The position numbers and the translations under genes were made by a program. From NCBI GenBank assembly GCA_001642005.1, contig LWCA01000314.1, forward strand, positions 1 through 32,681: a DNA stretch of 32,681 nt, given 5' to 3'. Below the pieces are notes generated by a model, which had not been told where the DNA came from, did not search any database, and saw only the letters and a list, made by a program, of their open reading frames with translations. This DNA comes from Intoshia linei (taxonomy: Eukaryota; Animalia; Orthonectida). The stretch's first letter is position 1. Every line of letters begins with the position of its first letter. This document shows positions 1 to 9,689 of this stretch, one piece after another.

Positions 1-13
1 TATATGGCCGAGA

Positions 14-946
14 ATGATTTCAACTCCTAGTAGTGATTTAAGTTTTTTTACACCGAGACTTGAAATTTTAAACAACGGTAGAACATATCAAAAAAATTCA
101 ACGCATTACATTCCCATGATAAGTTGCAGATTAAATGAAACTCCAAAGAATGTGCCGAGTTATTTCAATAATTGTAAACAATTACTATCCAATCAATCTA
201 CTGCTGATCCGTCTCAACAATACATCAAACTGCCAGTATTGCAATTATTAGATCTCGATATTTGGTCGGCATTCAACAAAGTAACCAATGAAATGATTGT
301 CAGGAGGGAAGGACGAAGTATCTTTCCAAGATTTTCACTTTGCGTTACAAATTTAAATCCGGACGTTTATTATACATTTGCACTGTGTTTTGTGAGGTAT
401 TAAAATTATTATACTTTAATATAATGTATTTTAATATATTTTTAGAACAAAAGAGTCGAAATTCAAATACGATAGAAAAAAATGGTGTGAAGTATTGGAA
501 TCTTCTGAATCAATAGAACGTAATATATAAAATTTAAATTAACTTTTTTTATTAATTGATTAATTTAGAAAGTCTTTCGTACAAACATCCAGATTCTCCA
601 CAATTAGGAAAGCGATGGAGTGAAATTATTAAATTTAACCGATTAAAAGTGTCAAATGCACGAAACGACAGTTATAAAGAACTGGTTTGATATATTTTCA
701 TTATTATTTATTTTTTTTAAACCATTTTAATTTATTCACAAGGTCAAACTAACGAGTCTGCGACAGTACGTTCCAATGATTGAAGTTTTTATACACAATT
801 TAATGACAAGTCATATGAGATGTATTAAAAGAGAAAAATTTGACGAGGCCAAATTTATTGTTGTTACAGCTTACAATAATCCAAAATTAGGTCAACTCAA
901 ATCTCAATTGAATCCTTATTCGAAGAAAATTAAATATAAATGTTAA
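14..946 (+). CDS. Divergent T-box transcription factor (Brachyury-like), 4 exons: 14-396, 446-519, 569-684, 743-946; ~258 aa (5' end may extend outside the window)
   Basis: GT-AG introns of 49, 49 and 58 nt join an open frame with T-domain motifs: IWSAFNKVTNEMIVRREGRSIFP ... YTFALCFVRTKESKFKYDRKKW ... YKHPDSPQLGKRW ... FNRLKVSN ... LTSLRQYVP ... FIVVTAYNNPKLGQLKSQLNPYSKKIKYKC*. AATAAA at ~974. TNEMIV, YxFxLxFV and LxSL match Brachyury signatures. Confidence 0.93.
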
Positions 947-1134
947 ATTTTATTTATATTGTCAAGTCAAGTCAATAAATAAATTATTTTGTAAACTTGT
1001 TTGTTTTTATTTTTTGCCTTGTTCAATGGTTTGATGATTTTATGTTAACTTTTTTTGATTTTTTTACTGCATATCATGTTTTTTCATTTTATATTGTACT
1101 AGCTTGTCTGTTATGTACTTTATACATTATACAA

Positions 1135-1779
1135 ACAGAGAAATCGGCCGAGGCCGCATGTTTGCAGCTATATGTTTTAAACAAAATCTAACTAATTGTT
1201 CTCTAAATATTATAAGTCTCCTAAAGATGAATCATTGATTTATCTTTTTCTAGCAATTTTTGTTGAGATTCTCATGTTTATTATTACACAGTATAATTAT
1301 GAATTTAGTGTAATTTACACTAACATCAGTTAAAATACATTTATATACATATCAACTGGAATAACCTCTATTAAAATAATCTTTTTGAAATAGAATAGAA
1401 TAATAATTTTTGGAAAGTTAATTATTTCATATTTTTTGTTTTAATAAAATATTTTGGAAAAAAAAAAGAGTAATTTGTGGTTTTGGCCCTAAAGATATAA
1501 TTTTTTGAAATTTAAATTTATGATAATGTTTATGATTTTAAAATCCGCATCAGCATATATAATTTTTTAAATTCTCGAACTCGTTTGATTTTCAAAAAAA
1601 AGACAATTGGGCTTTTTGACCCGTAAGATGTAAGTTTACAATGTTTAAATTTATTTTGCTATCACCCTGGAAAAAATTGTAATTGAAATGTGGACTTTAT
1701 AAAATTCGAAAACTGGCAGTCATTGAAATAAACGGTAACACACAAACAAATATTGCATAGCTTATTATATAAGTAAGGA
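1135..1779 (-). mobile_element. Non-autonomous Helitron-like element (dispersed family, near-complete copy)
   Basis: Minus-strand 5' end A|TCCTTACTTATATAATAAG...TTTGTGTGTTACCGTTTATT. GC hairpin CGGCC-GA-GGCCG (1145-1156) close to a degenerate CTAG at the other end. Internal blocks shared with 5241-5470, 17200-17798, 25373-25700, 27313-27590 and 31800-32000. Confidence 0.65.
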
Positions 1780-2114
1780 TAATTCAATAGTTGCATTGTA
1801 TATTCATCTTATTTTAAATATACTATTTCACTAGATAATCATTATTCATATTATTAATTTGGTAAAATTAAAACCTAAAAAAGTTGTTTACGACTTTTGT
1901 AAAATGAATTTCTCGAAACGAATCTGAAATAAATGATATGAACAGGATGCACAATAAATCTATCAGAAATTGAAAAATTTACTTTAATGAATAATAATGT
2001 GATTGTTAATTAATGATTTGTAGGTTATGGTATCGATAAACAGATAAGATTACACAGCAATGGATGAAAATACACTTTAAAACTTGATTTGTAAATTTAT
2101 TAGTTAAATTAAAT

Positions 2115-2720
2115 TTAATCATGTTCTTCCTCTCGTAGAGGTCTAGATATTACATTTGGTATCGGTGGATCTTCTAAATCTTCACTATCGTTATTTACAT
2201 GAATGTTTATATTTTCTATTGGAGCTCTTTCTTTTCGTGTAACACGCTCTATTTCGTCAACTTCATCGTAATACACAGTAAATGCTAAATTCTATTTAAC
2301 CTTTAAATTATTAAAATGGAATATACATTGAGATGGCATTTTGAAGAGAATTTGAAAAACTTTGTAATATTAAAAATTTAATGTTGATTAAAATATAAGT
2401 TCGTAACCTATACTTACCATTAACTTGGATTCGTCCAGCGATACATTTAATCTGTATCAAGTAGTGATTGTGTCATTGTATGGATATTATATATACAATA
2501 TAATCATTATCCATTGGATAATGACAAATATAATATTCATGCTCTATCACCGTTTCAAATTTAAATTTAATTTAAAATTAAACTAAGGACTTACAAATGA
2601 TTTCATGAATATTATTACTGCGACTTATTTTTTGGTCGTTGCAACAGTTGAAAAACTCAGGAGTAAATAACAAAAATTTAGAAGTGAAACAATAAGAAGA
2701 AACAAAGAAATAATGAATTA
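2115..2720 (-). pseudogene. Spliced orphan gene remnant (hydrophobic N-terminal segment, acidic C-terminus)
   Basis: GTAAGT donors at ~2594 and 2417, acceptor at 2285. The last two exons join in frame: HNHYLIQIKCIAGRIQVN|AFTVYYDEVDEIERVTRKERAP...DSEDLEDPPIPNVISRPLREEEHD*. There is an in-frame TGA at 2475-2473 and no clean upstream start. Confidence 0.45.
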
Positions 2721-2922
2721 AATGAAGATTTTATCTATATTTTAATTATTCAAATTTTATTAATTCTTATATTAAACAGTGAAAATGTGAAATCGAAATA
2801 ATAAACTAATTATATATAATATAATATAAATATATTCAAATGAATAAATATATTAAATAAAGCTTTATTTTCATAATTAGATTACAAATAAATATATTTC
2901 GTATTTTTGTGACTAGAGTGTC

Positions 2923-3117
2923 TTATGAACCTAAATAAAAATTAATAACTACATTGCAACGATTTACTCTCGGTGTTGTTTTCACATGTCGGTTCTACCG
3001 GTGTAGTCGTTTGGACCGTCGTTTCAACTTCCTCGACAGTCTCTGAGTTTCCTGTTCTAGTCGTATCTTCTGAAAAGTTCTTTTTCTCGTCCTCATCTCG
3101 AAATTTTTGATTATTAT
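2923..3117 (-). pseudogene. Thr/Glu-rich small-protein gene, copy A (exons 3117-2968, 2930-2923); first exon lost or separated by a Tigger insertion
   Basis: Open 150-nt exon NNQKFRDEDEKKNFSEDTTRTGNSETVEEVETTVQTTTPVEPTCENNTE|SS* with a 37-nt GT-AG intron. Paralogous to 4026-4262. Confidence 0.55.
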
Positions 3118-3179
3118 CTATAATTTAATTCAAAATATTTATTAAAATTTAAAATTTTAATAAATTATTCATTTATACG

Positions 3180-3780
3180 CATCGGAACCAATCAATTTGT
3201 CCCTTATAACCGGACGTCTCTTATATCCGAGCTCTTATTATTATATAAGCAAGTCGAAAATGTATATATTCTATGGGTTAGTCGTAGAATGTGTAAAACT
3301 TTCATTTATATTTTAGTTTAATTTTGGGTTTTAGTAATTTTTTTTTAAACCAAAATTTTAAGGGGGGTTTTAGGAAATTTTTTTTGATCCAAACTTTCAA
3401 GGGGGGTTTTTAAGATTTTTTTTTGAACCAAACTTTCGAAAGGGGTTTCAATATTTGATAATTCTCGATAAGATTTGGTACCGTTGTAAAAATGAATTTT
3501 GTTCAAAATAATTATTTTTTCATCTAATTTTAGTGATTTTCTTTTTAACGCCATTTTGGAAATTAAACTTTATTATTAAAACAATTAGTCAAAATGTTAA
3601 TGTTTCAAAAATCATTTTCTACAAAAATGTAATAATTTATTTTAAAAAAATCTTTAATATTCATTTTAAAAAACAAATTGCTTGTCCACTATAAACGGAT
3701 TTTAGTCCCATATATCCGTCTGTGATTTATATACAAAACAAGCGTTTGATGCCGTTCCTTGGTTTTTGTCCTTTATCAAT
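3180..3780 (-). mobile_element. pogo/Tigger (CENP-B-type HTH) transposon remnant with an internal ~38-bp tandem repeat (3349-3448)
   Basis: ORF 3554-3345 begins MALKRKSLKLDEKIIILNKI...KSYRELS (Psq/CENP-B N-terminal HTH pattern). Repeated subterminal TCC(C/A)NTATANNCG motifs at ~3200-3230 and ~3685-3720. Confidence 0.7.
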
Positions 3781-4025
3781 TTTTCATTGACGTGAATCAA
3801 GATTAAATACAATTTGTGTTTATTGTATAATAATTACCAGTTCAATGATTATAATAATAATATAATAATAATATTAAAATTTTATTAATTTTTAAATTGA
3901 ACAGTAGAAATGTGGAATCGAAATGATAAACCGAGAAAAATGAAATAATATATTAATTAAAGCTTTATTATAAGGTTAGATTACAAATAAATATTTAACA
4001 TTAGATTAGTTGTGACCATAGTGTC

Positions 4026-4262
4026 TTAAGAACCTAAATAAAAAATTAATAACTACATTGTAATGGTTTACTCTCTGTGTTGGTCTCACACGCAGGTTCT
4101 GTCGGTGTTGTCGTTTGGACAGTCGTTTCAACATCCTCAACAGTTTCCGGTACAGTAGTTTATGTCGTGTCTGTAAACATGTTCTTTTTCTCATCCTGAT
4201 CTCGAAAAATGTTACCTATAATTTCATACAAAATATTTATTAAAATTACTACCTTGAGTCAT
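4026..4262 (-). pseudogene. Thr/Glu-rich small-protein gene, copy B (exons 4262-4253, 4215-4072, 4033-4026) with premature TAA
   Basis: MTQG|NIFRDQDEKKNMFTDTT*TTVPETVEDVETTVQTTTPTEPACETNTE|SS*. Introns of 37 and 38 nt. TAA at 4162-4160. Confidence 0.55.
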
Positions 4263-4675
4263 TTTTGGTGTATTATTAAAAATATTAAACAAACTTGAAA
4301 TAAAAAAAAAAAAATGAAAATGTAAGCTTATCCAAATAGTATATTTAATTATAGAGGTAAACCAATAAACATTTCCACGCTGAACCAATGAATTTATTGT
4401 TCATTTCTCGTGTATTATAATACAATATTATATTGTTTTCTAATTTTAGAGTTGAAATCTATGCATATTTAAATTAGAAGACTCGGTCAAGGAACATTTA
4501 AATGACTGAAATTAATTTTAATAGTTTACAATGTATGAAATTTTACATATTCATATGGATGATTAACAATAGATTTATAATTTATAGCATGTTAATCTCA
4601 CCATGTATCATATTGTATCAATTTAATGCAATCAATGATTGCATTGTTATATATTGAAATATGATGCCTCAGTGG

Positions 4676-5126
4676 CAGTGGCGTATTTAGGATTTTCGGC
4701 CAGGGGGGCGAAATAATTATAACGGGACTAAACTCATATAATGTATTTAAATGTGAATTTTTACATTATTTTTATTAATATATTTCTTATTCATAATAAT
4801 TTATATTTTTTTTCTAGAGTTCATTATACTAAAATTTTCAACAACTACATCAAAATCGACATTTTAGTAAGTTCTTTTTCGATTATCAATAACGTTAAGT
4901 TGTATAATTTAACTTCAACTGCTGTTAAAGTCTGATAACGAATTAATATAAATAAAACGTAAACAATGATAACAAGCATAATTCAAAAAAAAATTTAATA
5001 TAATTTAATGTGTCCAAAAATTTTTTTTTTATTTTAAACAATGTTATATAAATTAAAATATTTTAGGGCACATTTGTCATCAAAGGGGACGGTCGCCCTC
5101 TACCACCACACCTAAATCCGCTACTG
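4676..5126. mobile_element. hAT-type MITE (451 bp)
   Basis: TIRs CAGTGGCGTATTTAGG / CCTAAATCCGCTACTG (14/16 match). Perfect 8-bp TSD CTCAGTGG at 4668-4675 and 5127-5134. Confidence 0.9.
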
Positions 5127-5240
5127 CTCAGTGGTTTAGCATTATTTTCATTAAAATTTGACCAAACTAGCCAATCTGAATCTATTTATTACTTTAAAAT
5201 TAGATTTAGAATTAAATTAGACAAAAACTTTTGTATTTAT

Positions 5241-5470
5241 ATCAACTGGAATAAGCTCTATCACAATAATTTTTTTTTTAATTTTTGGACGTTAATTATT
5301 TCACATTTTTTGTTTTAATAAAATATTTTGAAAAAAAAATATATGAACACTAAAATGCTTTTTTGACCGTGAAGTCGTCACTTATTTGGATTGAAATTTT
5401 CCGTGTGTGTTAACAGGATACAACTGTACCACCTGTAAATTTTTTTAAATTTTAGGGCGGTTTTCATTAA
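5241..5470 (-). repeat. Fragment of the Helitron-like dispersed family
   Basis: ATCAACTGGAATAA...TTTTGTTTTAATAAAATATTTTG matches 1351-1460. The GACCGTGAAG.CGTCACTTATTTGGATTGAAATTTT...AACAGGATACAACTGTACC core matches 17280-17350 and 31835-31902. Confidence 0.8.
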
Positions 5471-6489
5471 ATAGAGTTTATTAGTTTAAAATTTTAATTA
5501 ATTTTTTTCATGTAAAATGTGACCACAGTACACCTAATGCACATCAACCTATTTTTAGTTGTATGGTATTTTTAGTACATTTGTTCATCTTATACCAGCA
5601 GTTTATAAATTTTTTAATGGCGCTTGATGTTGGGTTATAGTAAATCAACGTTCCAAAATATACAAATGATACTACATGTATCATGTTTTAGTTAGACATT
5701 TAATAAACACGAATTAAAAAAATACAAAGTATAATGAAGTATAAGTACATTATACAAATTAAACGTACAGTGAACTTTGAACCTACAATGATGACTTATA
5801 CATGTTAATAATTTACAATTTTTTGTTTTTATATTCCGTATAAAACGACATACAAAGTATATATAAATTAGACTGTGTTGTAAATTAAATTATATAAATT
5901 TAACAAAAAAATAGAAGATAAAATCTAGAAACTGTACACTGTGTACAATAGTGTCAACGGTATCTTAAATGCAATGCCGTTCAAGAATAATTAGATGCTT
6001 ATATGCATTTAAAGTGTTAATTCGTTGAAAAATATTATTTTTATACACTAATGAACTTGCAAGCTCTAATTAATTTTTCAAAATAATATTTAAACTTTTA
6101 TAAAAATAAACATATGTTTACTCTATTATAAAAATAATTTATTTATTTTAACCTTTCCATTTTAATTTTCTTGGATTTTTAGTAGTTTTGTCATGAACAA
6201 TTGTTAATCTAATCATTAAATTCTAATGATATAAGGTTTGTCTTTCCAATCGTCTTTGTTGGAATATTTTAAATGAGTTCAATAAGATGATCATTGATCA
6301 ATGATCATTAATGATAAGTTATATATTATTAGGGTCTTAAATACTTTACAGATTAAGTCTTAATCTGAATGATTAATAAAAAATAACTTATTGTACTATG
6401 TAATGTAAGTTGGTGTATATGTAATATGATGTGTATGGATATAATAAAAAAAAAATTTGAGAGATGATTACAAAGAATGTTGTACATTA

Positions 6490-7155
6490 ATGTTAGCAAT
6501 ATTTTTGGTGGTGAAATATCCCTAAAAAAACCTGGAGCATCGTCAAAGGCCAGATGGATGTCTCACATAATTTATTGTGCTAAATCGTTTATATTGGATA
6601 TCAATAAAAACCACGCAACAGAATGTTTCCTAATATGAGTGTTTTATGGATATTTACCATTTTGGTTAAGGGCATTTGATACACAGCAAGCTAGGATCAA
6701 TGATATGGCCATGGTCATTTCTTGGGAATCAATGTCAACAATTAACCCCATTTTCAAAAGAATAATTAATTACGCGAAATTAAAATTCATGAACCACAAA
6801 GAATATCTTACAAATGATGTTATTAATGTCAAAAATGCTTCTTTTGTTAATGATCCAGCGGAGAGAGCAGTAATGAAATTCAAGAAAGCCATTACCATAT
6901 ATGATATAGAAGACGAACGAAAAAAAATAGTATCAATAATGAATGTTTTTAATAATAATGATTTATTATATTGTAAATGTATTATAATAAAGTTATTTCT
7001 TGAAAATTTTCCGAAATTTTTAATGTCTTCCTGCGGACTCAATCCTTAATTATATATATTAAAATTGAGTCATTCTTAATAATTTATTGATGTGAACCGA
7101 ATTAGCCCTGAGCGGCAAGCAAAATCTAAAAAAAATGTAAAATGTTGACACCCTA
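6490..7155 (+). mobile_element. Degenerate DNA transposase (hATm-like) with right terminus
   Basis: Frameshifted motifs KKPGASSKARWMSHIIYCAK (~6525-6585) and YLPFW...FVNDPAERAV (ORF 6639-7049) match the PGAxHxARWM / VNDxAER transposase pattern. The element ends in CACCCTA (reverse complement TAGGGTG) at 7149-7155. Confidence 0.6.
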
Positions 7156-7250
7156 GTTTACAATAATATGTATTGAACAATATGTAACAACAAACATTGG
7201 ATAATCTTTGGTATTTTGTCTGATACAAAAGGTTCTTTAAAATACAAACA

Positions 7251-8945
7251 CTATGCAAATTCTTGTGGTTTTAATTGTAATTTTTCCATTAAAATAAAAT
7301 TCAACAATCGATCATAATGCGTATTCAACGTTTCATTTTTTCGAGTCGAAATTGTATGATTTTGTTGGTTTAAAATGTCGCTATTGATAGTGTTCAAAGG
7401 TTGAAATGGTTCATTATTAATGGATTTTTCTAAATCTATTGTTTTTTGTCTATACCAGTATTTTTTTTCAATAATAAAATTGCCCATTCCATTCTCTTGA
7501 TTCAAGAAAGATGAATTCCAAAAAGATTTATTATTGACAAAAAATGTATTGTTTAGTTGATGTAAATTTTCCGATTCATTTTCATTTAAACATCTCCAAT
7601 ATACTTTCGAAATCGTATAATCAACAGTACTTTTTCCGGCATTTGCAGTTTCACCCTTTTCTTTTTTTAAAATATGCAATTTAGAAAAACTGTTATTTTT
7701 TCCAGGTTTGTCGATATTTTCAGAATCTTGAATTGTTGAACAATTCAAATTTATTCTTTCGACCATTTCACATTTTTCAATGGGAGATATGGAACAACGA
7801 GGTAAATTGAGCGTAAAGTCATAATTACAGGGTCTATCTGTGAAAAATGTGTTATTATTATTAATCTCATCATTTACATTTTTATCAATGGTTTTATCTT
7901 TATCTAGTTTTTTAAGTGATGTTGAAAAATAGTCATCATATTTTTTTAAGTTTTCAGTTTCTAAATAATTGTTAACATTTTGGTTAGTTTCACTTTTGTT
8001 ATTCTTATTTTTTTCTATGTCTAGTTGTAATTCTTTTAATTCCTTAGGTTGTATTATCCATTTTTTAATTTCTGTACTTTTTGTAATTTTGTCATTTGTT
8101 ATTTTTTCAGTTTTCTCAAGCATTTCCCCGGTAATAATTTCTCTTTTTTTTTTCAAATCTTTTTGTTCAGTGCAAATTGTTTCTTGTTTATTAGTTTCAT
8201 TATTGGTTTTATTTCGCTTTTTAGATAATTTGTAAAGATTTCCTATGGGTTCATTGTATCTTTTACTTACTTTTTCACGATTCTCGATTATTTTCCAGGG
8301 ATTTGCTAATTTTAACAATTTTTGAAGTTCCACATAATTTTTGTCTTTTTTGTTTTCCTTTTCAGTATTATTTGTGTTTTCATTTAATTTATCACTGATT
8401 ACTATAGGTCTATCTTCTATTTTTGGAATTTTTTTCCAAGGGTTAATAAATCGATCTTTTTTTAAACCATGTTTATTGTTTGCGTCATTTGAATTTTTTT
8501 TAGCAATTTCATTATCACAATTAACTTTTTTTGTCCTTGAAACTAATTTATTGAGATTTATCACAGGTGTGACGTCTATTTTTGTGATTTTTGAAATTTT
8601 ATTCCAAGGATAAATAAATTTTTTTTGTGTATTATTTATAGATTTTACTTGTAAAAGTGATGGAAAGTGAGCAAAGAAAGTTTTTGAATCTGTATTTTCA
8701 ACGCATATTGATTTCTCCACACAAGTTTCAATGTATTTCAATTTTTTATCTTCAATTCTCATTGTCACTTTAATATTAGTGTTATTGTGTTTGGAATTGT
8801 AATCATTATTATCTTTTTTATAACATTTTTTGGACAATCTTTTTCCATTTGTTTCAAGCCGGTTATTTAATGTTTGTCTGTTTTTTTTTGGGGTGGATTT
8901 TGTTGTATATACACACCAATCGTTTTCAGTGGTTTTCGATGGCAT
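7251..8945 (-). CDS. Intronless 564-aa Lys/Asn-rich protein of unknown function with three PW-centred repeats
   Basis: A 1695-nt stop-free frame is very unlikely by chance in DNA this AT-rich. Repeats: FIYPWNKI, FINPWKKI, LANPWKII. No recognisable domain. Confidence 0.8.
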   Translation of the reverse strand: MPSKTTENDWCVYTTKSTPKKNRQTLNNRLETNGKRLSKKCYKKDNNDYNSKHNNTNIKVTMRIEDKKLKYIETCVEKSICVENTDSKTFFAHFPSLLQVKSINNTQKKFIYPWNKISKITKIDVTPVINLNKLVSRTKKVNCDNEIAKKNSNDANNKHGLKKDRFINPWKKIPKIEDRPIVISDKLNENTNNTEKENKKDKNYVELQKLLKLANPWKIIENREKVSKRYNEPIGNLYKLSKKRNKTNNETNKQETICTEQKDLKKKREIITGEMLEKTEKITNDKITKSTEIKKWIIQPKELKELQLDIEKNKNNKSETNQNVNNYLETENLKKYDDYFSTSLKKLDKDKTIDKNVNDEINNNNTFFTDRPCNYDFTLNLPRCSISPIEKCEMVERINLNCSTIQDSENIDKPGKNNSFSKLHILKKEKGETANAGKSTVDYTISKVYWRCLNENESENLHQLNNTFFVNNKSFWNSSFLNQENGMGNFIIEKKYWYRQKTIDLEKSINNEPFQPLNTINSDILNQQNHTISTRKNETLNTHYDRLLNFILMEKLQLKPQEFA

Positions 8946-9454
8946 GTTTGAATTAAAATGTAATTGTAATTTTGATATTTATGTTTTTATAATTGTTAGA
9001 TAATGAATTTACAACGTTCATTTTAGTTTTACATTATTGTTAAATTTTTAAACTGGTTTTTGTTTTATTTTATTTGTCAACTAGCTTGTTTTATAGAATG
9101 AACTAAAAGTAATTATAGTACTGTAGTTCTACCAAGGATTACATTAAATTAGGGTTAACATTTTTAAATATTGTTGAAAAATTTTCAAGTCATTCAAAGT
9201 ATTTTTTCGTTTACCCTAGTTTTATAACATGTTTACAGAGTAATATAAGTAGAAAATATACACAAGATGTTAAGTAGATTGTTAAAATGTGTTCTATTGA
9301 TATCATAATAAGGTACAATTATAATTATTGCTCCGTTATAGGTCGATAAAGTTAAGATAATTTTCTTAGATTAAGTTCCGTAAAGGCTAATAAATTGTTA
9401 AGCCATAATTTACATTTACCACTTATAATTATAAGTTACTTAGTCTTATTAGTA

Positions 9455-9475
9455 CAGTGGTTTTCAACCATTTTT
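9455..9475 (+). mobile_element. Solo hAT TIR
   Basis: CAGTGGTTTTCAACC preceded by TATTAGTA (nnnTAnnn). Partner end not found. Confidence 0.45.
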
Positions 9476-9689
9476 GTGATCAATCTACTTTACATAATTT
9501 TAAATATCTCAGTAATATGATTATTCAGATTTAATGCTTTAAAGTTAAACATACATTTCAAGAATAGATAGTGTTCAGGACAGTTAAATCGCTTCATACA
9601 AAAAGAGTTCTGTAATACGGCTTGATCAACAAACTTGGATTCGTGTATAAGAACTCTATTATGTATCATTTAAAAAAACAATGAAACGT

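Noticed and set aside
2473-2475. In-frame TGA as selenocysteine or a variant genetic code
   Set aside because: No ATGA..AA..GA SECIS pattern seen downstream on the minus strand. Other lesions exist in the same gene, and the intact genes use normal stops with no internal readthrough.
3349-3448. CRISPR-like repeat array
   Set aside because: Simple ~38-bp tandem repeat without unique spacers, inside a Tigger relic in a eukaryotic genome.
4006-4194. 62-aa Arg-rich ORF
   Set aside because: Alternative frame of the Thr-rich exon that runs through an intron; the paralogue conserves the other frame.
7969-8613. Hydrophobic plus-strand ORFs (also 10533-10718, 29033-29356, 6770-7042)
   Set aside because: Antisense shadows of K/N/E-rich coding frames.
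9150-9218. 69-bp TAGGGTTAAC...GTTTACCCTA mini-element
   Set aside because: Short imperfect inverted repeat without a TSD.
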